In this document: one piece after another, positions 1 to 8,784 of the stretch | Position numbering within the stretch: position 1 is the first letter of the stretch | Layout of the letters: every line of letters begins with the position of its first letter | DNA from: Candidatus Omnitrophota bacterium | Lineage (GTDB): Bacteria; Omnitrophota; Gorgyraeia; Gygaellales; Profunditerraquicolaceae | Direction: 5' to 3' | DNA: 64,000 bases | NCBI GenBank assembly: GCA_041648915.1 | Contig: JBAZOC010000001.1 | Location: 112,960-176,959, forward strand | Translations under genes and position numbers: made by a program | The notes under the pieces: generated by a model | Databases searched by the model: none | The model's input: only the letters and a program-made list of their open reading frames with translations | Told to the model about the DNA's origin: nothing

Positions 1-807
1 TTTATCATTGCTTTAGGCGGCGGGGTAGTCGGAGACCTAAGCGGCCTGGTTGCCTCCATCTATAAGCGCGGCATTCCGTACATACAAATACCTACGACCT
101 TGCTCGCCCAGGTAGATTCGGCTATCGGCGGCAAGACCGCGCTGGACTTAAGGGAGGGTAAAAATTTAATCGGCGCATTCTACCAGCCGCGTTTGGTATT
201 CAGCGATGTGGCTATGCTTAAGAGTTTAGGGGCCAGGCAGTTGCGCACGGGTTTAGCCGAAGTAATTAAATACGGGATAATCAAAGACAAGCGGCTATTT
301 GCCTATCTGGAAAAAAATTGCCAGGATATACTCCGGCTCAAGACGGAAAAACTGGCGCATATCGTAAATTCCTCCGGTAAAATCAAGGCGGATATCGTCA
401 GTAGTGATGAACGGGAAGAAAAAGGCCTGCGCACAGTTTTAAATTTCGGGCACACCCTGGGCCACGCTATTGAATGTGCCTGCGGTTTCAATAGATATAA
501 CCATGGCGAAGCAGTTGCTTTAGGGATGCTGATGGCTTTAGAGATCAGCAAAAGCATGGGCCTGATAAAGGGCTTTTTGCAGGAAAGAATAGCGGCCCTT
601 ATAAAAAAATCCGGCCTGCCGCATGCGCTTGAAGGGGTAGCTTTAAAAAACATAATGAAGGCTTACCATCGGGATAAAAAATTTATCGGCAGAAAAAACC
701 GGCTCGTCTTGATTACAGGCTTAGGTAAAGCCAAAGTCGTAGAAAATGTGCCTTTGGGAATAATAGAAGAGGCGGTAAAGAGCTTGTATCCAGCCGAAAT
801 AAAATAG
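1..807 (+). CDS. aroB: 3-dehydroquinate synthase, 5'-truncated by the window edge
   Basis: Frame 1 is open from nt 1. The translation ...ALGGGVVGDLSGLVASIYKRGIPYIQIPTTLLAQVDSAIGGKT... and the downstream HTLGHAIE / NHGEAVA motifs are typical of AroB. Confidence 0.85.
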   Translation, partial: FIIALGGGVVGDLSGLVASIYKRGIPYIQIPTTLLAQVDSAIGGKTALDLREGKNLIGAFYQPRLVFSDVAMLKSLGARQLRTGLAEVIKYGIIKDKRLFAYLEKNCQDILRLKTEKLAHIVNSSGKIKADIVSSDEREEKGLRTVLNFGHTLGHAIECACGFNRYNHGEAVALGMLMALEISKSMGLIKGFLQERIAALIKKSGLPHALEGVALKNIMKAYHRDKKFIGRKNRLVLITGLGKAKVVENVPLGIIEEAVKSLYPAEIK

Positions 808-821
808 AAAGGATATGTGCC

Positions 822-1979
822 ATGCTTAGCTTAAAGAAGTTGTATATTCTTTCTTTAATCCTGCTTCTTTTTCTTTTTATCTCTCCCTGTAGCGTCCTGG
901 CCGAAGATACCCTGACCATCACCACCTATTATCCTTCGCCTTACGGAGTATACCGGGAAATGCGCGCTAAGCGCATAGCCATAGGGGATAACTACATTGA
1001 TAACGCTGACTATACCTGGGAAGAATCAGACGGAGACGGAGGAGAGATTGACTACCTGGCGGATCTGGTAGTTGAAGGCAACGTCGGCATCGGGACGACG
1101 AACCCAAGCGATGTTTTGGAAATTGACGGTACTAATCCGATCCTAAAAATTGGCAGCAGGATTAGAATAAAAGCTGATGAGTCTAATAATGACGCTTGGT
1201 TTGGCGCCGGCTCTGATTTAAATAAGATCAAATTTGGCGATGCTGATTTTAGTAGTGCTATGATGACCATTAGTACAGCTACTGGCAACGTCGGCATTGG
1301 GACGACGGCGCCGGGGGCGAAGTTAGATATTTATAACCCGGATACAGTAAGCAATATTGCACCATTTGCAATAACAAATGCTGATACGGATACTTGGTCA
1401 ATGGGGCTTTATGGAACAAGCGCTTATGGATTGTATATAGATGCCCCTCCTGATACAAATTGCCATGGATATTATGGTACAGGTGCCTGTAGGCTGAATG
1501 ACTATGCCGAAATGATGGAATTTTCTGAAATGCCTAAAGACGGCGACATAATCGTCATAGATAAGGATCGTCCGGGATTTATTAAAGTATCGGATCAATC
1601 GAATAGTCAAGATATCGTGGGAGTAGCATCGGAAAATCCCGCGATGGTTATCGGCAGTTATGGAATTTCCATAAAAGGCTGGAAGAATAACCAGCCGAAA
1701 GACGGAACATATATTTATCCTCTTGCCTTATCAGGTAGGAAGATAATTAACGTAACGGACGAAAATGGAGATATTAAACCGGGAGATAAGATTATTTCTT
1801 CTTCCTTGAAAGGCTATGGAGCGAAAGCTTTTGAATCTGGTCAGGTCGTGGGAATGGCTATCGGCGGATTCAGTTCTAGTCCGGAGGATGAAACGGTGAC
1901 TTTGCCAAACGGGAGAAAGGTTAAAGTGGGAAAACTTTTAATAATCATCAATGTGGGATACGCCCGAATCGCACCGTAA
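822..1979 (+). CDS. secreted repeat protein with phage-tail-fibre-like GNVGIGTTxP...L(E/D)I repeats; function unknown
   Basis: The N-terminus is a signal peptide (LILLLFLFISPCSVLA). Two copies of GNVGIGTT(N/A)P...(LEI/LDI) follow, and the C-terminal region is rich in Cys and Gly. Confidence 0.5.
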   Translation: MLSLKKLYILSLILLLFLFISPCSVLAEDTLTITTYYPSPYGVYREMRAKRIAIGDNYIDNADYTWEESDGDGGEIDYLADLVVEGNVGIGTTNPSDVLEIDGTNPILKIGSRIRIKADESNNDAWFGAGSDLNKIKFGDADFSSAMMTISTATGNVGIGTTAPGAKLDIYNPDTVSNIAPFAITNADTDTWSMGLYGTSAYGLYIDAPPDTNCHGYYGTGACRLNDYAEMMEFSEMPKDGDIIVIDKDRPGFIKVSDQSNSQDIVGVASENPAMVIGSYGISIKGWKNNQPKDGTYIYPLALSGRKIINVTDENGDIKPGDKIISSSLKGYGAKAFESGQVVGMAIGGFSSSPEDETVTLPNGRKVKVGKLLIIINVGYARIAP

Positions 1980-2036
1980 AATATCTGCAGAATCATTTTT
2001 TAAAAGGAGGTTTCAAAACTCCTTATAAGAGTAAGA

Positions 2037-2065
2037 TTGACAGGGCTGGGGATATATGGTACATT
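2037..2065 (+). promoter_or_regulatory. candidate sigma-70-type promoter (TTGACA, 17 bp spacer, TACATT) upstream of the Zn-ribbon/PilZ/.../HD-GYP operon
   Basis: The -35 hexamer TTGACA is at 2037-2042 and the -10 hexamer TACATT at 2060-2065. Both were found by eye only. Confidence 0.35.
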
Positions 2066-2110
2066 ATTAACATAAATATAAAACGTTAAAGAAAGGAATC
2101 TAAAACACAA

Positions 2111-2299
2111 ATGGCTACTGAACAGGCACAAAGCGCTACGCAGGCAGAAGCAAAACCCAAAGAGGAAAAGCAGGCTAATTGTTTAAGCTGTAATAAGCCT
2201 ATCCGCAAGATCAGGCGTTATTATCGCGACGGTAAATTCTATTGCACCAAGAAGTGCTGGTCAAATTTTATCCAGAAAGCTAAATCCGAGGAGAAATGA
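2111..2299 (+). CDS. small zinc-ribbon protein (CxxC...CxxxC)
   Basis: The 62-aa product carries the pattern CLSCNKP...YCTKKC. The ORF overlaps the next gene by 4 bp (ATGA), which suggests translational coupling. Confidence 0.5.
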   Translation: MATEQAQSATQAEAKPKEEKQANCLSCNKPIRKIRRYYRDGKFYCTKKCWSNFIQKAKSEEK

Positions 2300-2697
2300 C
2301 CCAGTCCGGGATGGAAAGAAGAAGGCATCCGCGCTTAGAACAGAAGCTCCCTTTTAAGGTGGCGGCTAACGGCTACGGTTTCTCTACCTCTACCCAGAAC
2401 TTAAGCTGCGTAGGCGCGTATTGCCGGATAAAAAAATACATACCGCCTTTTACCAAAGTCGCGGTCAAGCTCAAGCTGCCGATTAAGACAAAAAAAGATA
2501 AAAAATCTTATACTGTTGATTGCACGGGCGTCATCGTCAGGACGGAAGATAAAGACAAGAGCGGCTTTAATATCGCTATTTTCTTTAATGAAATCAACTC
2601 CAGCCAGCGCAAGAAAATATCAGAATATATCGACCAATTCCTTCCGCAAGGGGGAGATGCTCCTAGAGGTTCCTCCGGCCCAAGATGGGGAAAGTAG
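2296..2697 (+). CDS. stand-alone PilZ-domain (c-di-GMP-binding) protein
   Basis: RRRHPR matches the RxxxR motif, and NLSCVGA matches the (D/N)xSxxG motif. Confidence 0.65.
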   Translation: MTQSGMERRRHPRLEQKLPFKVAANGYGFSTSTQNLSCVGAYCRIKKYIPPFTKVAVKLKLPIKTKKDKKSYTVDCTGVIVRTEDKDKSGFNIAIFFNEINSSQRKKISEYIDQFLPQGGDAPRGSSGPRWGK

Positions 2698-3209
2698 CCC
2701 CTGCTAAACCCGTTAAGCTCATCATCGGTTTTATTTTTAAAGAAAAAAAATCCCTGGCGCATGCCAAAACTCTCCTGATTAAACATTTCGGCAGCATAGA
2801 TTTTGAAAGCCGGATTATGCCCTTTACATCTACGCCTTATTACCGGGATGAATTCGGACAGGCCTTAAAGAGAGTATTTATCAGTTTTAAGAAGCTTATC
2901 CCTGCGCAGCAAATCGCCGCTATAAAAATCCTGGCTAATAAAATCGAAAAAAAATTAACTTGCGCTAATAAGCGTACGGTGAACATTGACCCGGGATACC
3001 TGAATTTAGCTAAGCTCGTTTTAGCCTCGACTAAAGACTATGTCCACCGCATCTATTTAGGTAAAGGCATTTACGCGGAGATAACCCTTTTTTTTCAGGA
3101 TAAGGCCTTTCGGCCCGGGCAATGGACCTACCCGGATTACCGGAGCGGTGATTACCTTGCTATCTTTAACCGGATAAGAGAGATCTATGCTGCGCAAACT
3201 AAAAAATAA
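2685..3209 (+). CDS. conserved hypothetical protein, DUF4416-like
   Basis: The 174-aa product resembles DUF4416-family members as I recall them, for example KLIIGFIF...NIDPGYL...KLVLASTKDY.HRIYL...WTYPDY. The ORF overlaps its upstream neighbour and is 9 bp from its downstream neighbour. Confidence 0.4.
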   Translation: MGKVAPAKPVKLIIGFIFKEKKSLAHAKTLLIKHFGSIDFESRIMPFTSTPYYRDEFGQALKRVFISFKKLIPAQQIAAIKILANKIEKKLTCANKRTVNIDPGYLNLAKLVLASTKDYVHRIYLGKGIYAEITLFFQDKAFRPGQWTYPDYRSGDYLAIFNRIREIYAAQTKK

Positions 3210-3218
3210 CTGACTCCT

Positions 3219-4193
3219 ATGCCTTCAGAATACCCGGCGTATTTAAAATCCTACCATAACGGCTACCTGGATAAAATAATCAAAAAACTTTTTCAATGCC
3301 TGGAGTCCTGCGCGATTTGCCCGCGTAAATGCCGGGTAAACCGGATAAACGGGAAACAGGGTTTCTGTAAAACCGGCTTAAAGCCGCAAGTCTACAGTTA
3401 TATGGCCCACCATGGAGAAGAGCCGCCTGTCTCAGGAGTAAAGGGCTCCGGCACAATCTTTTTCTCGAATTGTAATATGGCTTGCCTCTACTGCCAAAAC
3501 TATGAATTCAGCCAGGCAGGCGCAGGCCGGGAAGTTGGTTTTGAGGAGTTAGCCGGATTTATGCTGGAGTTACAAAAGATGGGCTGCCACAATATTAACC
3601 TGGTCACCCCTACCCATATCTTGCCGCAAATCTTGAAAAGTTTAAAAATCGCTATTCCCGCCGGATTAAAAATACCCCTGGTCTATAATAGCGGCGGCTA
3701 TGAATTGCCTGAAATAATAAAATTACTGGAAGGAATAATTGATATCTATATGCCGGATATGCGCTATGCCGATGCCGAGGCAGCAATCCAGTTTTCCGCT
3801 GCTTCAGGTTATCCGGAATATAACCGCAAGGCAGTCAAGGAGATGCACCGGCAGGTTGGCATTGCTCAAATAGATGAAGAGGGGATAATCAAGCGCGGCC
3901 TGATTATCCGGCACCTGGTTTTGCCCAATAATTTGTCGGGGACAGAGAAAATCATGCGTTTTATTGCCGAAGATCTATCCGGGGACACTTATATAAGCTT
4001 GATGAGCCAATACCTGCCGTATCATAAAGCAGCAGAATGCCGGGCAATCAACCGCCGGCTTAGGCTTAAAGAATACGCCGAGGCAAAGGAAATTATGGCC
4101 AGGCACGGATTGTCTAATGGCTGGACCCAGGATGCTTACGGAGCGGAGCGGTTTGCCGGAGTAAATATAAAATCAATTTTATGCACGCCTTAA
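3219..4193 (+). CDS. radical SAM protein, PflX family (COG1313, homologue of pyruvate formate-lyase activase)
   Basis: An N-terminal Cys cluster (CAICPRKCRVNR...GFC) is followed by the radical-SAM CxxxCxxC motif (CNMACLYC). Confidence 0.7.
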   Translation: MPSEYPAYLKSYHNGYLDKIIKKLFQCLESCAICPRKCRVNRINGKQGFCKTGLKPQVYSYMAHHGEEPPVSGVKGSGTIFFSNCNMACLYCQNYEFSQAGAGREVGFEELAGFMLELQKMGCHNINLVTPTHILPQILKSLKIAIPAGLKIPLVYNSGGYELPEIIKLLEGIIDIYMPDMRYADAEAAIQFSAASGYPEYNRKAVKEMHRQVGIAQIDEEGIIKRGLIIRHLVLPNNLSGTEKIMRFIAEDLSGDTYISLMSQYLPYHKAAECRAINRRLRLKEYAEAKEIMARHGLSNGWTQDAYGAERFAGVNIKSILCTP

Positions 4194-5947
4194 CCTTACT
4201 TATAATCAGTCTTCTGGTATTTGCCCTGGCCTACCGTTTTTACGCCAAGTTTATCATAACTAAAATCCTGGTTATTCACCAGCAGCGCTTAACTCCCGCG
4301 CATACCTTGAAAGACGGCCGGGATTATCACCCTACTAATAAATTCGTCCTTTTTGGCCATCACTTTGCCGCGATTTCCGGAGCCGGGCCATTGGTTGGCC
4401 CGGTGTTAGCCGCGCAATTCGGTTTTTTGCCGGGGTTTTTATGGATCCTTATCGGCGCGGTTTTAGGCGGGGCAGTGCATGATACGGTTATACTTTTTGC
4501 CTCGGTAAGGACCAAGGGGCTCTCGCTTACCCGCCTGGCGCGAAAGAACATCAGTAAGACTGCCGGCCTGGTAACCGGTATTGCGGTGCTCTTTATTATT
4601 ATCACTGCCCTGGCTGGCCTGGCTTTAGTTGTGGTTAATGCGCTTAGCGAAAGCGCCTGGGCTACTTTTACTATTGCGATGACTATTCCGGCGGCGCTAA
4701 CGGTTAGTTTATACATGTATAAACTGCGGCCGGGGAAAATCCTGGAGGCTTCTTTAATCGGGGTCCTGATTGTTGCTGCGGGCATAGTCTTCGGAGAGCC
4801 GCTCTCTAAATCGGTTTTTGGCCAGTACTTTTTGCTCTCTAAGCCTTCGCTTTCCATAATCCTGCCGATTTACGGGTTCGTTGCTTCGGTCTTGCCGGTC
4901 TGGCTTCTGTTATGCCCGCGCGATTATATAAGCTCCTATATGAAAATAGGGACTATTCTGCTCTTAGCTGCCGGGATATTTATGGTTAATCCTGTGCTGA
5001 AGATGCCGGCAGTCACCAGTTTTATCCATGGAGGCGGGCCGATTATCCCGGGCAAGGTCTGGCCGTTTGTCTGTATTACCATTGCCTGCGGCGCAATCAG
5101 CGGATTTCACGCCCTGGTCAGTTCCGGTACGACTCCAAAGATGATTAATAAAGAAGCGGATATCCGCATGATTGGCTTTGGCGCGATGCTGGTTGAAGCA
5201 GTAGTCTCTATTATGGCTTTGATTGCGGCGACCGTACTCCTACCGGGTGATTATTTCGCGATTAATGTGCCGGTAGAGGCATTTCAGAAATTGGGCCTTA
5301 GCCCGGTGCATCTTGCCGAGATAGAGAGGATGACCGGAGAAGTCCTGTCCGGGAGAACCGGAGGAGCAGTTTCCCTGGCCGCCGGGATGTCGGTAATCTT
5401 ATCCGCTATTCCCGGGATGAAAGCCCTGATGGGTTATTGGTATCATTTTGCGATTATGTTCGAGGCTTTATTTATTCTGACTACGGTTGATACTGGTACG
5501 CGTGTGGCGCGTTATATTCTGGATGAGCTGATAAAATTAGCCACCCCGCGAAAAAAAATCGGTAAATCCCTCTGGGGAATTGCAGTTAGCGCCGGGACGA
5601 TCAGCCTGCTCTGGGGATACCTGGTCTATAACGGCGAAATTTCTACTATCTGGCCGATGTTCGGCGTGGCTAACCAGCTCCTGGCCACCCTGGCCTTACT
5701 GGTCGGGACCTTATTTATCCTCAGGCACACCAAAAAATGGAGATATGGCTGGATAACTTTTTTGCCTGCGCTTTTTATGTTCGTCACGACAGTTGTTGCC
5801 GGAATAATGAATATTACGGATAATTATTTACCGAAGCATGATTTTCAGGGTAATCTGAATGCCGGGCTTTCAGCCGTAATGATTATCCTGGTTATAATTA
5901 TATTTTTTGAGTCGTTAAAAAGTATGTATCTATTGCGGAGGGGGTAA
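4181..5947 (+). CDS. cstA: carbon starvation protein A family transporter (CstA/BtsT-type pyruvate/peptide transporter)
   Basis: The polytopic 588-aa product contains HPTNKFVLFGHHFAAISGAGPLVGPVLAAQFG, typical of CstA. Confidence 0.85.
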   Translation: MHALTLLIISLLVFALAYRFYAKFIITKILVIHQQRLTPAHTLKDGRDYHPTNKFVLFGHHFAAISGAGPLVGPVLAAQFGFLPGFLWILIGAVLGGAVHDTVILFASVRTKGLSLTRLARKNISKTAGLVTGIAVLFIIITALAGLALVVVNALSESAWATFTIAMTIPAALTVSLYMYKLRPGKILEASLIGVLIVAAGIVFGEPLSKSVFGQYFLLSKPSLSIILPIYGFVASVLPVWLLLCPRDYISSYMKIGTILLLAAGIFMVNPVLKMPAVTSFIHGGGPIIPGKVWPFVCITIACGAISGFHALVSSGTTPKMINKEADIRMIGFGAMLVEAVVSIMALIAATVLLPGDYFAINVPVEAFQKLGLSPVHLAEIERMTGEVLSGRTGGAVSLAAGMSVILSAIPGMKALMGYWYHFAIMFEALFILTTVDTGTRVARYILDELIKLATPRKKIGKSLWGIAVSAGTISLLWGYLVYNGEISTIWPMFGVANQLLATLALLVGTLFILRHTKKWRYGWITFLPALFMFVTTVVAGIMNITDNYLPKHDFQGNLNAGLSAVMIILVIIIFFESLKSMYLLRRG

Positions 5948-5950
5948 ATT

Positions 5951-6445
5951 ATGGCTAATTTTTCTTTTGATATTATTTCCGAGGTGGATTTACAGGAAGT
6001 GGATAATGCGGTAAACCAGGCTTCTAAGGAGCTCTCCCAGCGCTATGATTTTAAAAACAGCAAAGCCTCGATTGTTTTTGACCGTAAAGGAGAAAAAATT
6101 ACGCTGGTTGCCGATGATGAATTCAAGTTGCGCAGCCTTACCGATATTCTGGCTACCCGCCTGGCTAAGCGGGGGGTTTCCCTGAAATCCCTGAAATTCA
6201 ATGCCCCGGAGAAGGCTTTTGAAGGGTATCTGCGCCAGCAGGTTGAAATTTGCATGGGTATTGAGAAGGATAAAGCTAAGGAATTAACCGGCATTATAAA
6301 AGGGTTGGGGCTAAAAGTGCAAACCCAGATAGAAGGGGAGAAGGTCAAGGTCAGCTCGGCCAAGAAAGATGAATTACAGGCGGTTATCGAGCAGCTACGG
6401 AGTTTAGATTTTCCTATCCCGCTTAATTTCGGTAATTATAGATAA
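5951..6445 (+). CDS. yajQ: YajQ-family (UPF0234) nucleotide/c-di-GMP-binding protein
   Basis: MANFSFDIISEVDLQEVDNAVNQASKELSQRYDFK... matches YajQ along its full length. Confidence 0.8.
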   Translation: MANFSFDIISEVDLQEVDNAVNQASKELSQRYDFKNSKASIVFDRKGEKITLVADDEFKLRSLTDILATRLAKRGVSLKSLKFNAPEKAFEGYLRQQVEICMGIEKDKAKELTGIIKGLGLKVQTQIEGEKVKVSSAKKDELQAVIEQLRSLDFPIPLNFGNYR

Positions 6446-6446
6446 T

Positions 6447-7814
6447 ATGAAAAACAGAAAATTATTTTTGCACAGTTTTTACGTAAAAGTAGCCTTATCT
6501 TTTACCCTCTCTTTGCTATTTGTCGCCCTGTTGGGGAATTTTGTCCTTTTCCGGTACGCTTTAAAATCGCAGTTTAATCAGCTCAGGGATAAGCTTAAGG
6601 TAATTGCCCAAACAGCCGCGCTTTCCGTGGATGCCGCCGAATTAAGTAATATCCCGCTAAAACCCGCAGGAGTAGATAGCCCTTCTTTTAAGAGTATTGC
6701 TCTTCGGATGTCTAAGATAAAAGAGGCTAATCCGGTTATCCGGTATATTTACATAATGGTAAAAACAGATACGCCGGGTATCTGGCAGTTTGTGGTTGAT
6801 CCCGGTTTAACCTCCTATCCCGGGGATAAATACGATGCCAGGCGTTTTCCTGAAATGCTTAAGGGTTTTAGCGGCCCGAGCGCAGACACTGGCCTGACTA
6901 TTGATGAATGGGGCAAACTGCTTTCCGGGTATGCGCCTATTTTAAATAAAGATAATATGCCTGTTGCCGTATTAGGCGTGGATATAGATGCTGCTGATGT
7001 TTATCTTGCCGGAAAGGGCTTATTCTACAGGGGTATATTTGTTGTACTGATGGGCGTTGTATTTTCTTTAATCCTTGGTTTTATATTCTCCGCAAAAATA
7101 ATTATTCCCGTCAAGAAGTTGATTGACGGCACTAAGCATATAGTAAAAGGCGATCTTGGCTATCGGGTGAAAGTACCCTCTCAGGATGAAATCGGCCAGC
7201 TCGCCGCCTCTTTTAACGAGATGGCTGCAAATTTAGCCGAGGCGCGGGAAAAATTAAGGGATTATTTTTATCGCGTGGTGCAGGCGATGGTGCGTAGCCT
7301 GGAAGCGAAAGATCCTTATACCCGCGGCCATTCAGAGAGGGTTAGCGAATATGCCTATCAGATTGCCATTGCCATAGGGATACCTTTTAAGGATGCGGAA
7401 CTACTGAAGAAAGCGGCGCAGCTGCATGATATCGGCAAATTAGGCATCCACGAGGGTATCTTAAATAAGAAAAGCGGCTTATCAAAAAGCGAATGGGATA
7501 TTGTGCATAAACACCCTGAGGTAGGCGAAGAGATATTAAAACCGGTGTTCCCGGATGCGCAAATGCTTTCTGTGGCCAGGTCGCATCATGAGCGTTATGA
7601 CGGTAAAGGCTATCCGGACGGTTTAAAAGGCGACCAGCTGAATATCTTTGCGCAGATTGTTACGGTTGCGGATGCCTATGACGCAATGGTTTCTGCGCGT
7701 TCTTATAAAACAGCCCTAACTAGAGAAGAAGCGTTAGTAAGAATAAAAGAAGGGGCGGGGACCCAGTTTAATCCTGCAGTTGTCCAGGCATTTGCTAAAG
7801 TTTTAGAAAGATAA
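6447..7814 (+). CDS. membrane sensor HD-GYP phosphodiesterase (TM, periplasmic Cache-like domain, TM, HAMP, HD-GYP)
   Basis: There are two TM segments and a HAMP-like segment. The HD domain contains HSERV...LHDIGK...HHERYDGKGYPDGL, i.e. the HD and GYP motifs. Confidence 0.8.
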   Translation: MKNRKLFLHSFYVKVALSFTLSLLFVALLGNFVLFRYALKSQFNQLRDKLKVIAQTAALSVDAAELSNIPLKPAGVDSPSFKSIALRMSKIKEANPVIRYIYIMVKTDTPGIWQFVVDPGLTSYPGDKYDARRFPEMLKGFSGPSADTGLTIDEWGKLLSGYAPILNKDNMPVAVLGVDIDAADVYLAGKGLFYRGIFVVLMGVVFSLILGFIFSAKIIIPVKKLIDGTKHIVKGDLGYRVKVPSQDEIGQLAASFNEMAANLAEAREKLRDYFYRVVQAMVRSLEAKDPYTRGHSERVSEYAYQIAIAIGIPFKDAELLKKAAQLHDIGKLGIHEGILNKKSGLSKSEWDIVHKHPEVGEEILKPVFPDAQMLSVARSHHERYDGKGYPDGLKGDQLNIFAQIVTVADAYDAMVSARSYKTALTREEALVRIKEGAGTQFNPAVVQAFAKVLER

Positions 7815-7815
7815 C

Positions 7816-7845
7816 TTGACAAACCACACAAATGTGTGGTATAGC
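7816..7845 (+). promoter_or_regulatory. candidate lexA promoter (TTGACA, 18 bp spacer, TATAGC) with an embedded 16-bp perfect palindrome CCACACAAATGTGTGG (7824-7839) as candidate LexA operator
   Basis: Direct reading only. The palindrome lies between -35 and -10, and the predicted transcription start is about at the ATG at 7853, which implies a leaderless or very short-leader mRNA. Confidence 0.4.
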
Positions 7846-7852
7846 TATAACT

Positions 7853-8467
7853 ATGGAAAAGAAGCCGGATCTGACGCCTAAACAGGAAAAGGTGCTTAAT
7901 TTTATCCGTAAGCGGATAGGGGAGAGATTACCTCCTACGATTAGAGAGATAGCCGGGGAGCTGGGGTTTAAATCTACCGGCACAGTCAGGGATTATTTAA
8001 AGGCTTTAGAGCAGAAAGGCCTGCTTAGGCGGATGAACAACAAATCCCGGGCCTTGGAATTAACTGAGCGTGCCAGCGTGAACAGGATCCCTATAATTGG
8101 TACCATCATGGCCGGCAGGCCAAATCTGGCTTATGAAGAAATTCAAGGCTATGTGGATGTGGACAATCTGTTTTTAGGCCGCCTGGGCTTTGACGATGTT
8201 TTTGCTTTAAGGGTTAAAGGCGTCAGTATGGTTGGTGCCGGTATTCTGGATGGGGATGTAGCGATTATTAAGAAACAGCCCTCTGCTGAAAATAACGCAA
8301 TAGTGGCTGCGCTTCTGGATAATAATGAAGTTACCTTAAAAAAGCTAGCGCGTAAAAACAATAAATATCATCTGGAGGCGGCTAACCCGGATTACCCGCC
8401 GATTTTTGAAGAGTTTAAGGTAATCGGGAAACTTATGGCCGTGATCAGGAAGTATGCATCAAAATAG
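7853..8467 (+). CDS. lexA: LexA repressor (S24 peptidase)
   Basis: The N-terminal wHTH reads PTIREIAGELGFKSTGTVRDYLKALEQKGLL. The C-terminal S24 domain reads GVSMVGAGILDGDVAIIKK. The start at 7853 (MEKK) is preferred over the ATG at 7832, which lies inside the operator. Confidence 0.85.
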   Translation: MEKKPDLTPKQEKVLNFIRKRIGERLPPTIREIAGELGFKSTGTVRDYLKALEQKGLLRRMNNKSRALELTERASVNRIPIIGTIMAGRPNLAYEEIQGYVDVDNLFLGRLGFDDVFALRVKGVSMVGAGILDGDVAIIKKQPSAENNAIVAALLDNNEVTLKKLARKNNKYHLEAANPDYPPIFEEFKVIGKLMAVIRKYASK

Positions 8468-8762
8468 TTTTAACCCTCAGGCTCGCTGGGACAGGTTTGA
8501 GCCGGATAAGGCCGGCTTTAATCCGGATGCGCTGGCTGAGCGCATTGAGGTCCTGGCTTATTTTAAGAACGCCAGGATCTATCCTAAAGCTTTTCTTTGG
8601 AGTAATAAGGAATATAAAATTGATAACATAACCTATAACTGGCAGGAGCGCCTGGGCCAGGCATTGGTTAGTTACTTTTCCGTAGTCAGTTCCGGGCAGC
8701 TTTACCAGATATCCTTTAATAATTCCACCTTCCGCTGGCAGATCGATAAGATAATCCCATAA
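8454..8762 (+). CDS. hypothetical 102-aa protein between lexA and dinB, probably SOS-co-transcribed
   Basis: The ORF overlaps the lexA stop by 14 nt and ends about 20 nt before dinB. I recognise no motif in it. Confidence 0.4.
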   Translation: MHQNSFNPQARWDRFEPDKAGFNPDALAERIEVLAYFKNARIYPKAFLWSNKEYKIDNITYNWQERLGQALVSYFSVVSSGQLYQISFNNSTFRWQIDKIIP

Positions 8763-8784
8763 TAATCTCCGGGTGTGTTTAAAG

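Noticed and set aside
4360-4857. A 165-aa minus-strand ORF inside cstA
   Set aside because: It is a shadow ORF antisense to the CstA membrane protein, with a proline/alanine-rich low-complexity product.
7832-7852. The ATG at 7832 as lexA start
   Set aside because: It lies inside the operator palindrome and ahead of the -10 element. The MEKK start at 7853 gives a LexA of normal length.
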